DNA from: Monocercomonoides exilis PA203
Lineage: Eukaryota; Protista; Preaxostyla
Length of the DNA stretch: 64,000 nt
Direction: 5' to 3'
Assembly: GCA_001643675.2 (NCBI GenBank)
Contig: LSRY02000032.1
Location: 930,001 to 994,000 of the forward strand
The notes below the pieces were generated by a model. That model had not been told where the DNA came from and did no database searches. It saw only the letters and a list, made by a program, of their open reading frames with translations. Position numbers and translations under genes: made by a program. Below are positions 1-12,840 of the stretch, one piece after another. Each line of letters opens with the position of its first letter. The stretch's first letter is position 1.

Positions 1-123
1 ATCTTATTCTTTGATTTATCAAAATTTGTCGTAATAATCAAAATGTTCTTGATTGATATTATTGCGAGAAAAATAAATAATAAAAAAAAAGAACGGAGTT
101 ATTGGCCCCATTAATTATAACAT

Positions 124-1872
124 ATGTCAAAGGATAATAAAACAGCTGCAAATTCTGAAAAGAGCAAACCAAAAGTTCATATATGTCGTTTACTTGCTGC
201 AAGTGCGCATCGCGTTGCAAGTCCGCTCGCTTCTACGATTTCAATGACCGCTTTTTCACCATTGTTGATTCGTTTGTTAAATCGTTATTAATTCGAAAGT
301 TAGGATATTTGCGATATATTTGAACTGATGTTAGAATATGGAACTCCAACGTGGGCTGTTCCATTGGTTAGATTGCTTGCTCCTCTTGTTGGACTTTTGC
401 ATCCAGTAATTGGTAGATTCAGCGATAGTTGTACTTCTAGATTTGGCAGAAGAAAACCATATATGTTTGTGGGACTAAATCTTTTGCTTTTGTCAGTTTC
501 ATGTTTTTATATGATTTCTCGTAAAGGTTTGAGTTTTATTTAACAGATTATGAAATTTTTTGAGAGTTCTTTTTAAGTTTATAAAAAGCCTCTTTCGAAT
601 ATAATTGTTTTAGTATTTTCATATTTCTTGCAGCTGATGGGTGAAAATTTTATTGGAGTTCCAGGAAGAACTCTTGTTTTTGATATCGCTGGAAAAGAAA
701 GAAGGTCAACAGGAAATTTTGTGATGCTTCTGCTTACAAGTCTGGGAGCATTTGTTGGATTAGTTATTATTGCTATAAATTATCATGCCTTTTTGATCAT
801 CGATATTCTTATAATTACCTCGTTTGTTATCACTTTTGTATTTACTCCTGATCCAAAACAGGAGAAGGTTGAAAAAGCAAAACAAAAGAAGACATCCATT
901 TTGTTGGGCTTCAAGTTTCTTGTAAAGAACCGTCAGTTATTTATTATCATATTGGTTACCCTCTTTTCTTGTCTTGCGTTTTTATATTATGGCTCCTCTT
1001 CAACCTTGTTTATCACAAGTGCGCTGTATCATTCCGATGATCCTAATATAGCTCCAGAAATACGAGAACAAGCATATGCCCGAGGAGTGACCGCTGGTTC
1101 GCTTATGGGGATTGTTCTTATCCTTTCTATGCTTGTTTTTTCTATGTTAATTATGCCATTAATCAACTGCTTTGGACTAAAGGCCGTGGTTTTCACAATT
1201 GAAACATTGGCCACTGCATGCTTGTTTTCTCTAGCTTTCATAAAAAGACTTCATCCAAACACATTATGGTTGGTGTTTTTAACAAATTTAGTTTTTGGTT
1301 CGCTTTCTGCTATGCTGATGATGGTCCCATCTTTAATGATAGCGGAAGCTGTGAAGCCAGAGGAGCTGGGGATGTATATGGGAATTTTTTCGTTGGTAGA
1401 TACAGTGGGTCAAGCAATATCTTCACTTTTGCCTGTTCCAATCAATGCGAGCATGGGCTTGACTTTTGCAGGAATGCATTATTTGCAATGGAATTATTTA
1501 GAAAATGCAATATTGGGATGTGTGTGCTGCATAATATCATTGTTTATACAAAGAAAGAAAAAAGGTGGAGTAAATGATGGAATAACATATTTCACAAAAA
1601 TGAGCCCTGAAAAGAGAGACGAGATGATATCTGCACAATTTTCACTGTTAACTACAATATCATCGGGATCTATGGCAACGTCTATGACTGGGTCAACAGA
1701 GATGTTCGATAAAAAAGCTGAAAGCAGTGACGTTCAGATGGAAATCTGTGCAGCAACAGAAAATAGTTTATATTCATCCTCTTCATCTTCATCTCCTTCC
1801 TCTTATTCTTCTGATGCCGTGAAAGAAAATGCTGATCTTGATCTTCCTTTGATTCAGCATGAATCGCTCTAA
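124..1872 (+). CDS. MFS transporter, SLC45/plant SUC (GPH) type; 3 exons (124-271, 335-526, 578-1872)
   Basis: Multiple hydrophobic TM segments and loop motif GRFSDSCTSRFGRRKPY, typical of SUC/SLC45 transporters. GT-AG introns 272-334 and 527-577 (both phase 1) join the ATG at 124 to the ORFs at 328 and 628 in frame. Confidence 0.8.
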
Positions 1873-1944
1873 TGAGATCTGATGTTTATTGTTTTATATT
1901 TAAACTTTATATCATTACTATATTAAGTATTGCTTTCATTTCAC

Positions 1945-1947
<3 letters not shown>

Positions 1948-1983
<36 letters not shown>
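1948..1983. repeat. poly-T tract (~36 nt) downstream of the MFS gene
   Basis: Uninterrupted T run seen directly. Confidence 0.9.
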
Positions 1984-1985
<2 letters not shown>

Positions 1986-2358
1986 TGGCTTTTAATCATG
2001 TTTGTATAGTTTATTTTTGAATATTATTCGTATTTCTAATACGAAGCAGAGATTAATTCTTTATTTCTTGAGATATTTTTTTCATTGTTATTGAATAATT
2101 CTTTGAAGCTTTGCGTGTTGTAACTCCACTTATCGCTTAGAGTTTTTGAAACGCTGAAAATTCAGCGTTGCATAAGCTGCAAATAATAAAACCGGATTTT
2201 TTCTTTCTTTCTTTCTTTTTATTTATTTATTTTTAAAAAAACGGCAATAGTAAAGTTTTAAGGAACAAAAATTAAAATTAAAAGAATTGAAACAAAGCGC
2301 ATGCGATTTCGTGATTAATGTTGTTTTTTAAGAGCAAAGATATTTGCTTCATTTTCTT

Positions 2359-4123
2359 CTACATTGAAATAAAAATTGACAACTTCTGTTGAGTGTATTT
2401 GGACATTGTTTGGATCCATCGATCTGAAGAGGTGGAGAAGCTTATTATAACTTGTTCCAAATCCGTCTCATGGAAACGCTCTTTCATAAAATGAATAATG
2501 CACTTCAAAGAATAAGCCGTTCGTGACTCTTCTCCGCTGTGGATGGCATTTAGCATTAGAATATTCGTCAAAAGATGTATGAAAAAGCTCAAGGCATCGC
2601 CAATTACTGTGAGTGATGATATAGAAGGATTTAGAATCCAATCCATAAGACATTCAAGTAATGGGGAAGTTAAATAATCCACTGAGCTTGCAAGCAGACA
2701 ATCAGAATCTGAAGTGGACTTATTTATTGTTGTTTTGCTTGCTCTCTTTAATACAAAAAGTGTATCTAACAAGAAAAAAAGGTTTTGATTTTGATTTTCA
2801 GCTGTGGAACAAAGTTGTGTAGATTGTCTGATTATAGTGACAAAAAGTTTCAGCATTGCGCTTGCGGTGTTTGGAGAAAAGGTTGCGGTGAATTTTAACG
2901 AAATTAAATTGCTTGTGCACAGCCAATGTGTCATCACATCAACCAAGTTTGAAAAAAGTGTTGGCGAATGAAATCTGTTAAAAAGTGAATCTGACGATGT
3001 CATCTCATGTGATTGTCGATGGATAAGCCACAATCGCGACCAGTCAAAACTGTAGCGTGTGCAAAATAGTCTGCTGATTGTTTGTATTAAAAATTGCAGC
3101 ATTCGATCAATTTGATTTTTGATTTTACTCATTTTGAACTGTGTATCATGAGGTTTTGGCTGAGGATTTCTGGTTTCTATTTGAAAGAATTTGGCGTACG
3201 TTGTTTCTATGTAGTCGCTCACAGTGCAAACAGAATTAAATACGTCAATCCATTTCATTAATTGCTCAAATAATCCTTCATTTATGAAGTGAGTATTTTG
3301 AGTCAAGTTTTCAAATGAATTTGAGATTGATTGAAAAATATAGCATATAACAAAGCCTAGATGAATAAAAATATCATCTTTAAATGTAATGTTTCTGGGC
3401 GGATTGGAAATAGATGCTTCGTTGTCATTTGAAGAGTTGTTGTGAAGAATAATTAAAAATTCAGAGATAAATGATTGTAAATAGTTAAGAAATAAAACAA
3501 CATGGTGTATCATATGTGTAAGCAAAAATTCTGCAAATGTCTTTGTATTCTGTGAGAGTAAAAAATCTAAATAACAAGTAAAGTATGCAACAAAAGAAAT
3601 TTAATTGAGTAATACCATCTCTTAAAGTTAAATCTGAAATTGCACCAAATCGTGATCTTTCAATGCGGAAATTCGTTAATGATGAATAAATATCTAGATT
3701 CGAAGAGTAAAAAAGTAATTCAGTGAAATGCAAATTGTCTTCTGAAAAAAGAGGCATTAATGTTCCCACTCGAGCAAAGATAATTGATGCAAAAAGTCTG
3801 GATTGGTTAGGCTCTGAATAATCAGAAATAGTCTTCTTTAAATATTCAAAAAATGAATATTCAGAAAAAATCTTGAGAAGTTTTCCGATGTCTTTTGGAT
3901 TGCTTTGATGTTCACAACACATTATGCACAGATTTTGAAGAGTGTTTGATTTTTGCTCAATTTTGATCGAATTTCCACATTCCACCAACTTTTTAACAAA
4001 TCCTCTACATGCATCGTTAAATTGTGCTTCCGTCTTAATTTTTCTAATTTTCGTTTTTGAATGATTCTCACTTTCATGTTGATGCGCATTTTCTTTTCTA
4101 TCTGCTAATTTTTGATTCATCAT
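2359..4123 (-). CDS. Hypothetical protein, probably alpha-helical, two exons (intron near 3530-3590)
   Basis: Two long adjacent minus-strand ORFs (212 and 388 aa) in different frames; candidate CAG acceptor at ~3531-3533; donor not resolved; no recognisable motif. Confidence 0.6.
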
Positions 4124-6300
4124 GTATCTAAAAAATAGCGTAAATCAATAATTCATATCATACACTGCAACTTCAAATAATTAATACCATTGTTTTGATC
4201 ATAAAATAATCTAGTTAAATGTTTTTTATGATGGGTCAAAGAAATATTCCAAAATGAAAATTTTTAAATACTTCTTGAATATTTGAAAGGATAAAACACA
4301 TATTTATATGCTGCATGAACTGGACGATAGACACAAAAACAACATCAAAAATTAAAAAAATGGTTCGTTTCGTGAAAAATGAAGTCAAACGCATTTTTAA
4401 ATAACGAATTGAACATAATTTCTGATAAATTTATTGAATGCATTAAATCTTTTCGTCACCCTGCCAGTGACGAGTCTTTTTTTCTTTAGTGACTGACAAA
4501 TTGATAATTACTTTGTCACTTTTTGATTAAATCAAAAGTCCTATTTTTCTGCTGGCTTGCCCATACGGCATACTGCAACTAAAAGCACATCAGTTATTTT
4601 TCACAATTTTATCACTCCAAGAAAAAATTGAAGTTATTTTAGATAATTATAATCCCTTTGTTATGAAAGCATGAAAAACTTCAAAAAAACTTTAAATTGA
4701 GTGAGGAATTTTATCAAAACAAAAATATTGATCCTAGGATCACTTTGATCTTAAATATGCAAATAAATAATTCTCTCGAAATAAGAATTTTCTGAATAAA
4801 AAAAAAGTATTATTGCAAAGACACCTAACGAATGAATGCAAATATTACAAAAAAGAGACAAAATTTGAGGATAAAAAATTGAGTGTGTTTGTAACTCACT
4901 AAGTTTCTGCTATTTTTTTCACTTTTAAAAAACTTCATCTTCAATTTATCCATTTATTTCAGACATATAAACTATCCTCAATAAAACTGAAAACTTAAAG
5001 AATAAAAAAATAAAAATTAATGAATATTTTTAGGTTTCATTGATGTCCTTCAAGTTTCATTATGCCTTAATCAAGATTCTCTGATGCTGTAAATCAGTCG
5101 AAAATATCAATAGTTGAACACGGTAATAAATATTCTGCGAAATGCATTATTTTCTAAACTTAAACATTAAAATAAACTCCGTTCACTGGCTGAAAAGAAC
5201 TCGTGCGATTCGCATCATCATCGGCATGTTCCTCCTTCGCTTCACAAATATTATTATTTGTTAACTGCACAATTATTATTTTTCTCCAATGAATTCCTTC
5301 GTATTTGATGTTCATTTTTTCATGATAATGAATGTCTTCTTTTAAACAAAACAATTTGGGTGATTATTTTTGAAGTCATAACATTTTTTTTGGGGTGTTG
5401 AGTATTTTGAAAATCTAATGTCATTTGCCAAATAATTAACAATCAAATATGAAATGTTAATCAATCGTTTCAAAAGCAATAGTTGATGAAAAAGAATGAT
5501 AAAGATATATTTAAATCGGAGTTTTTTCTTTTCTGCGTTCATTTTCAAAAATTCAAAACAAATTTATCAGACCGAAATATTTGTTCGAAATAATATGATT
5601 TCAAAAATAATCACACATATTTAAAATTATTTAGTTTTCTTTCATATCGTTCATTGATTTTATTTCAAAACAATTGGAATGCGTCAAACTTTTCTTTGCA
5701 TAATTTCTTTCATATTAATTAAAGACCTTTTCAAAATTCACATTAAGAAAAAAGCTTTGATGTCAAAAAATAATTACCCAAATTTTTAAATAAAAACAAT
5801 GTTCTGTTTGAGCTTTGGCGAATGAAAAGTGAATAACAAAAAACTGATTCCAATAATGTGTATTCTGAATTTGATTGATCGCAAAATTCTTGCAAACTTT
5901 TCAGTAAAAAAAAGACTGAAATCATAAGAAATGGGTTAAGTATCGAAAAAAGATAAATCAATAATTCGTTAATAACAAAATACATATTCAATTAGGTTTT
6001 GGAGCAATAACAACACAAATTACAACTGGAAAAAACCTCATTATTAACAGAAGCAAGTCTTTGATTCTGATTATTAAAAAAAAAGGGAGGATCTTTTATC
6101 ATAAATCTCATAAATAAAACATAATAGTAAATTCAACAATTGGGACAAAATATTTCACTTCAGACATTTTCAATAAAAAAATCAGCACTGTTGATGAAAT
6201 TTTCTTAATTTAAAAAAAGCAAATTCAATGGGTTCATTTTTAAAAATATTTGTTAGGTTCAAAACAAAATGCAATAATATATATTATTGCTTTTTTCAAT

Positions 6301-6446
6301 TGGGACAATATTCTTGCTTTTATGAAAAAAAGAACGATTTGTTCTAAACTTTTTTGAATGAGAATGTTTGACTTGTTATGATATGAAAGTGGAAAAAGTT
6401 TGGAACAAATCGTTCTTTTTTTCATAAAAGCAAGAATATTGCCCCA
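6301..6446. repeat. Hairpin/MITE-like inverted repeat (54-bp arms, 38-bp spacer)
   Basis: 6301-6354 (TGGGACAATATTCTTGCTTTTATG...) is the reverse complement of 6393-6446 with 2 mismatches. Confidence 0.85.
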
Positions 6447-7741
6447 TATCTTTAAAAGTTTTATAAAGTTAAAAGTGATTCAAAGATTTAAGAATTTGTG
6501 CAAAATACAATTGGTGGTCCGTATTACCGCCCAAATGATTATTAAATTGATAACGGAGAAGTGGAAGAAGAAAGAGAACAACATGTATTTTATGGTGTTT
6601 GATGCAAACACAACCATAAAATGTGCAGGAATGAATTCAAAGTTTCATTTCCTAAAGTGTTTGTCTTTAAAATAGAAATTGCAACGTCTTAATTTTCAGA
6701 TTCAAAAAATAAAACTATAATATTGATCTGTTTTACAATATTAAAGTCAATTAATAAAGAAATAAAAAGTGAAAATAAATCTACACATTTTGAATGAAAC
6801 GAATATCATGACAGTGTTATTTGAGTGACAGATTGCGAAAACTGATTAAAAAACATGTTAATGTTTTAACAAGAAAATTAAGCGATGGCGACTTTTCAAA
6901 AAGAATGACCCATTCAGAAAAAAATATACTTTTTTTTTTATTTCAAAGCATCTTCAAGCAATTTCTGATTATTGTTGGATTTTGTATTTTGAAAAGAGAA
7001 ATGCTCAGTCAAACATTCTTTCTGACGAAAATTAGTTTTCGAAAAATTGAGCAGATATCGAATCGTCAATATAATTATTTGTAATATTTTTCTAATTTCT
7101 TTTTTTAATACCGTTGTTTGAATTATAACTTTTCAAGATAAACAACAATGAGACAAATATTGTGTTTTATTGCACTGCAAACAAATTTGCATATTCACAA
7201 ACTATGTGCGAAATGCATGTTCTCGCTAATAACAAAAATTAAAATAAAAATGTGAAAACTCTTTAAGGTTAAATCGAAAAACAGAACAAATGAAGAAATA
7301 AAAATTAAAAAGCCCAGGTTTAATTCTCTTTCAAAAGTTTTCTTTCCCAAGCGATTAAACTTATACGATCATCAAAAATGAAAAAAAAATTATATTTGAA
7401 ATACACTACAAATACAAAAACATAAAGGCAATGAAACAGAAATCTGCTTCACAAAAAAAAAAAAAAATAATATCTAATTGACAGGATTTTTTAACTATAC
7501 ACCAGAATTTAAAAATTTTTCAAATAAATTATGATTAATAAAATAAAGATTATATATATTTGGGTCATTGCCTCAATTTGTCAAACGCAATAGAAAATCT
7601 CTGAATAACAATAAATCAATTATCATGCTTCACAAACATCATAATATCAAATTATAATGCAAACTTTAAATATATTTAACAAAATAAATCTCTATGTTTT
7701 TGTGGTTCAGAGAATTTTCTGTTTATCCACAGCGCTTCAAG

Positions 7742-10700
7742 CTACAGTTTTAAATTATCGATAGCTTTGTACTGCCTTCTCTTTTTAGTTTTCAGCACAC
7801 ACGCAACAATCACAATCGCAACAATAACTACTACAACAACTGAGCTTACGGAAGCGATGATTGCCACAAGTGGTTTTTTCGTTGTTTCCTTTGGTTTATC
7901 TTCGTTCGGATCAGCTTTCTTCTGCTTCACCAAAATAATATTTCTTGAATGCATTTTTTCTCCATTAATAATTCCACTTGAGTATGATAAGCGACAGATA
8001 ACAGATGTATAATCATCAACGTCTAATAAAGATTGTTGAATCCTCACTTTCATCTCAGTCTCATTCTTATGCTCGAAAATTGGACAATCTGTGCATATTA
8101 TTTCTTTTCCTTTCCTTTTTTTGCAAACTTCAAAAGTCAGTTCGCAAGGAATGAAATACGAACCCTGCACGATTGCTTCAATCTCTTTCTCATTTTCATT
8201 TTGATTTTGTGCTTCATCCTTTCTGCTTGCTTCATCTTTTTTAAGCGAAACACTCTTCAAAATGGGCGAAAAGAAATACGAATCCATATTATCTATTGCA
8301 TTTCCGCAGGCTTTAATGGCACTCAGCATTCCAAACGGTTTTCCATCTAATCCATCACTTCCAGGAGCTAAAGATTCCACATAAACACCTCCACCATTGG
8401 AAATTCGAATGTTGTGATGTAAGGACGGAAAACTATCCCAACCAGCATCAATTGGATGATTGTTCACAAAGCTGCAGTTTTTCAAAAACAGGTTAGTTGA
8501 TTCCGAGAGAATAGCACCTTCGCTGATGTCAACAAATGAGCTGTCATTCATATACAAATCATAAGCTACACTCAAACGAACAAGTCCAGAATCCCACGAA
8601 CAGAAAGGTTTGTCTTCCTCGTATTTTTGTACAAAGCTATCCATTTTTGAAAAGCTGTTGCATCGGTTCTTTTCAGTTGTTTTTCTATTTCTTCCATAAA
8701 TTAAAAGTTGTTCAATTTCAGCCTGACCATTATTATAATTTATTAGTTTATAAGGAAGTGAATTTCCCTCTCCGCCAAGTATATTTTCTCCTTTCAAGCC
8801 AGTGTACCAGGGCCTGAATACAACATCAATCATTTTTAATTCAAACCTTCCAGAAATCACATCCAATACATCCCCTTCAACTGCATCAGGATATTCAATG
8901 TCAATGTGCTTGAAAAAAGTCAAATATTGCTTCATACCAAACACAGCAATTGATTTCCCTTTTTTCAAATTTGAACCAATTCTTAGAATGCCTCTATTGT
9001 TTTCCTTGATTGAAAACCGCTTCGAAATTGCACCAGATTCATGTTCACATCCGAATGATGGTTCAGAAGCAGATGTAAGTGTTACGAACTCGTCAGTCAA
9101 AAACGGCTCATCTACATAAACCCTATCAACGATGTGCATCGTTAAATCACCATTTTGCACTCCATGATGAATACCAGTGTTGAGTCGATCGCACGGCTCT
9201 TCTGTTCTTCCACATGAAGCTGCTTTGCTTGATGCTTCTCCTCCAACATAAATGTTTAATGAATGATAAGGCAATCTTTTTTGTTCGTCAATCATTAGAT
9301 CTACAATTCTCCCTTCTTCACCTTTCCTTTCTTCAAGAAGAAGATAGTTCTCCTTTCCATAATAATCTTTCATTTCAAATTCAAATTTGTCTTCGTCAAT
9401 CTGATCCCGCCCTTCTGGCAAAGAAATGAAAATATATTCACCTTTGTCAGCGATACAGTTTGTGAATGTCAGTCCATTCAATATAAGTTTCAGTTTCTTA
9501 GATGCCTCGTCAGTTGCACGAATGTACATAGCTCCACCTTTTGATTCTTCGTTAAACTTTGAATTTATTTCACCCGCTATTGTTTGTTCACTTTTACACG
9601 AACAGTTTACGAATTCCAGACCGTAAAATGAACTAAAATTATCACAATTCCCAAGCTCAAGATATATTGCTCCACCTAATTTATGTCCAACTGTAAAGCA
9701 ATTCAAAAATGTCGTGCGAGAAAAAGAAGTTGAATGACACCCACTCAAAATTGTAACAACTGATTGAGTCGCGCTTGTGGTTGATATCGAGTCAATGACT
9801 GTATCACTCACAACTATTTCCTCTGAATCAACTGCAAGAATTAACGCGCATTTAGATGAGAAATGTTCTAAGACTAAATGATAAATTTTAAGCACTCCAG
9901 ACTTTGATTCAATCAAAACACAGTTCAGAGCTTGTTTAGAATCCGTTGTTGTGACATTAACTTTTTCAATTTGAATTTCTGCGCCTTTTCCATCGCCTAC
10001 AAATAGTCCGTTGCCTTGCCCACTTTTTCGTGTTGTATCCACTTTGACTTCAGCTGTGCAAAGTTGTAAATATCCTCCTATCTTGACATTGAATAATCCC
10101 TCGCCCTGCTGTACTTTCGTTTCATCCAGAACAGTTTTTATTGAAATTACATGCTGGTCTCTATTTGAAATTTCAACATGTTTCCCTTCAACTGTTATTG
10201 GCTTATCGTCATACTCGTTGCATTCTTCTGTCGTATAGACTGTAATAGATCCTCCATCAAGGCAATTTTCAATTGCCTGTCTCATAGTTCTACATGCAAT
10301 TTTTCCTGCTTTTCCGCATTCAGCTGCATCAATTCCATTTTTTGCATCTACGTTGACTTCCAATGAATCCTCATCAAGCCACTCATCACGAATTACAACA
10401 AAACCGTTTTTGTCCATTACAAGCACTCGTTTCTCCTCTGTCATGCTGAATGATGAAGTATCAAAAGGAGTTTTAATCGAATCAGCATTTCCGTCACATT
10501 TAATTGTTAAATCATTTCCGCCCGCTTTGGCTTTGTTTTTTCTAAAGAAGCAGTCCCTAAATAAGATTGTATCTCTTTTGACTTCGCCTTCCCCCAAAAT
10601 AATTTCCACCCCTCCCCCATTTTCCGCTTTGCATTCTTCAAACGATACATTTATGCAGTCAAATTCTGCCATCTGTGTTAAGTCAAACATCAGAAGCCCT

Positions 10701-11788
10701 CCTCCATCTTCAATCGCCTCGCATTCGTAAAACTCCATATTCTGCAATTTCACTTTCCCATTCATTGCTCCAATCATCACTCCTCCACCTCGTGAAGCTC
10801 TTGCAAAACTGACTTTTGTATTCAAAATGTCTAAAACATCTTCCAGATGAAGCATTTCAAAATATAAACACCCTCCATTTGAAGACTTTAGTGACTTAAC
10901 CGAAGATATCACGCAATTGGAAATAGCAATCGTCACTTTTTTGTCTTCCCCACTTTTTGCTTCAAGAAGCGCTGGTCCTGCTTTTGCCCTTTCAACAGAG
11001 CCAAAGTGGCCATCTTTCAGTGTGAACGAAGATGGTAGTTCCAGGGCGCATGCTTTGCTTAGTTTTGCATTATCAATTTGAAGATTCTTCAATTTTTGAA
11101 CAGAAACTCCTTCGGATATATGAAGAATGACCACGCTAGAAAGATAATAAAAACTAGAACAACCCCAATAAAATCCGTCTATCGACACTCTTCCTTCTGT
11201 TATTCTCAAGATCGAAAACAGAGCATATTCATCTGTCCATTTTTGAAAATATATTCCGCAATCCATTATTGTCAAGTCTCCGTCAACGCCCCTTGAAAGA
11301 ATCATCGCAGATGCCTCTATTGCTTCCTTTGATGGCTGCTCAGTTTTAAACGGGATTAGATTAAACGTCAAATGTTCCAGTGTCAGTGTTTTCTCATTCA
11401 CCATGTGGAACTTCCCTTTCGCAACAATGCCATCCAATTTAAAATCGAGTGTTTTGTCCGCGCCCTGCTTCGATGCTGCTGCTATCACAAGGTTGAAATC
11501 TTTCAAAAACTGAAAACCGTATGGAATTTCAGCGGAATCAACAATTTTGACGGACTTATCTCCAGGACCTTCCCCAAGCAGCTCAATCCCTTTCGCAATT
11601 GTTTTGCACGGATCCGCTTCACTTCCACAGTTCTGCTTCGAATCGTCTCCTTTTTCAGAAATAAAAACGGCATCAACAGCTGCCTCAAACCGGCCATCGG
11701 CATATGCATTTGACCGATTTTTGTTATTGCGTAGCGGAGCGGGACAACTGGCAAACAGATAGTTCGCGAGAATCAAAATCAAAAACAT
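7742..11788 (-). CDS. Type-I membrane surface protein with GGA/beta-helix (pectin-lyase-like) repeats and Cys motifs, short cytoplasmic tail
   Basis: Single 1348-aa ORF with an N-terminal signal peptide, repeated CGxxxxPCxT and GG(A/G)(I/L/M)Y motifs, and a C-terminal TM helix followed by KTKKRRQYKAIDNLKL. Confidence 0.8.
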   Translation of the reverse strand: MFLILILANYLFASCPAPLRNNKNRSNAYADGRFEAAVDAVFISEKGDDSKQNCGSEADPCKTIAKGIELLGEGPGDKSVKIVDSAEIPYGFQFLKDFNLVIAAASKQGADKTLDFKLDGIVAKGKFHMVNEKTLTLEHLTFNLIPFKTEQPSKEAIEASAMILSRGVDGDLTIMDCGIYFQKWTDEYALFSILRITEGRVSIDGFYWGCSSFYYLSSVVILHISEGVSVQKLKNLQIDNAKLSKACALELPSSFTLKDGHFGSVERAKAGPALLEAKSGEDKKVTIAISNCVISSVKSLKSSNGGCLYFEMLHLEDVLDILNTKVSFARASRGGGVMIGAMNGKVKLQNMEFYECEAIEDGGGLLMFDLTQMAEFDCINVSFEECKAENGGGVEIILGEGEVKRDTILFRDCFFRKNKAKAGGNDLTIKCDGNADSIKTPFDTSSFSMTEEKRVLVMDKNGFVVIRDEWLDEDSLEVNVDAKNGIDAAECGKAGKIACRTMRQAIENCLDGGSITVYTTEECNEYDDKPITVEGKHVEISNRDQHVISIKTVLDETKVQQGEGLFNVKIGGYLQLCTAEVKVDTTRKSGQGNGLFVGDGKGAEIQIEKVNVTTTDSKQALNCVLIESKSGVLKIYHLVLEHFSSKCALILAVDSEEIVVSDTVIDSISTTSATQSVVTILSGCHSTSFSRTTFLNCFTVGHKLGGAIYLELGNCDNFSSFYGLEFVNCSCKSEQTIAGEINSKFNEESKGGAMYIRATDEASKKLKLILNGLTFTNCIADKGEYIFISLPEGRDQIDEDKFEFEMKDYYGKENYLLLEERKGEEGRIVDLMIDEQKRLPYHSLNIYVGGEASSKAASCGRTEEPCDRLNTGIHHGVQNGDLTMHIVDRVYVDEPFLTDEFVTLTSASEPSFGCEHESGAISKRFSIKENNRGILRIGSNLKKGKSIAVFGMKQYLTFFKHIDIEYPDAVEGDVLDVISGRFELKMIDVVFRPWYTGLKGENILGGEGNSLPYKLINYNNGQAEIEQLLIYGRNRKTTEKNRCNSFSKMDSFVQKYEEDKPFCSWDSGLVRLSVAYDLYMNDSSFVDISEGAILSESTNLFLKNCSFVNNHPIDAGWDSFPSLHHNIRISNGGGVYVESLAPGSDGLDGKPFGMLSAIKACGNAIDNMDSYFFSPILKSVSLKKDEASRKDEAQNQNENEKEIEAIVQGSYFIPCELTFEVCKKRKGKEIICTDCPIFEHKNETEMKVRIQQSLLDVDDYTSVICRLSYSSGIINGEKMHSRNIILVKQKKADPNEDKPKETTKKPLVAIIASVSSVVVVVIVAIVIVACVLKTKKRRQYKAIDNLKL

Positions 11789-12133
11789 TTTAATAGAAAG
11801 ACAATTGGTTGTTGATCAAAATAAAGAAAATAATTATCAAAAGTGTTCTTGTTCAAACAATCTTTTGAAACGCTTCGTTTCGGAAAAATTGGACCATGTT
11901 TCAAACTTTTCATTTCTGTGTGTTTGCATGTTTATAATTTGGGAATGAATTTCAGATAGAAAAAACAACTTATTTTCTGCTGTTTGAGTAAGAAGAAAAA
12001 GAGAAACATTTTTGTGTCAACGAATGATATTTCATTTTTATTCCGAAATATTTTTCCTTCCACTTTTTATATGTTTCATTAAAAAAATAACAACAAATCA
12101 TTCATTCAAATAAAATGAATCGAAACAGTTGCT

Positions 12134-12840
12134 TCAAAACAAAAATTGCAACAAAGCAAGAATCTCAAAAGCAACTTTTTCATTTGATTCTTTCATTTGT
12201 GTTTCGCGAGAAGGGATTTTTTGAAAATGAAGATGAAAACAGATGTGGTGCTGTTTTCCCAGCGAAAGAGGGCAACAGAGGCTTTGGAGAGGCGTGAAAC
12301 TATTCTGATTGGCCCATTGATATTCACTCGCTCCGATCTTCTTCGCGATGATATCATCCCATTTGCTCGGGAAAACCAGCGTTTCACATGTTGAAGCAGA
12401 ATTGATTTTCCTGATGATGGAGCTTCCCATTTTTTTCTTTTCTTCCATCGCAGCTTGCTCTCTTGGGTTGTGTTTGGCCATCAGTTTCTCTTCGTTGTTG
12501 ATTCTGCCTTCAAGCAAGTGCTCAACCCCCCATTTCTCTTTCACAAATCTTGAATTGGCGCTCTCTGGTGCGTTCATCACCTCTCTTTCCTCTTCTCATC
12601 GATACCTTCAAGTTCACTTTCGACTCTTTATTATTTGAACCGTATCCACATCATCCACACATCCTGAGCTGCTGGTGCTGACTGAACGGTCATTCAGAAC
12701 ATCTGAAGGTCCACCACACAGAACAGCATGCTTGCTTCAGTCACAAACAGAACACACAAAGCAGCAGAGACTTCTTATTGCAAATGCTTATCTCACAACA
12801 TACCCAGAGCTCCAGAAACAGAACAGACAAAGGAATCGTC
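12134..12840 (-). pseudogene. Possible degenerate coding/repeat fragment
   Basis: GC content above the flanking intergenic DNA; a 148-aa ORF plus stop-interrupted upstream frames; no motif recognised. Confidence 0.25.

Noticed and set aside
2150-2169. Short perfect hairpin AACGCTGAA-AA-TTCAGCGTT between convergent genes
   Set aside because: A 9-bp stem can occur by chance, and bacterial terminator logic does not apply.
4200-7700. Short ORFs in the AT-rich gap
   Set aside because: Low-complexity F/I/K/N composition typical of random AT-rich ORFs; no splice-consistent model found.
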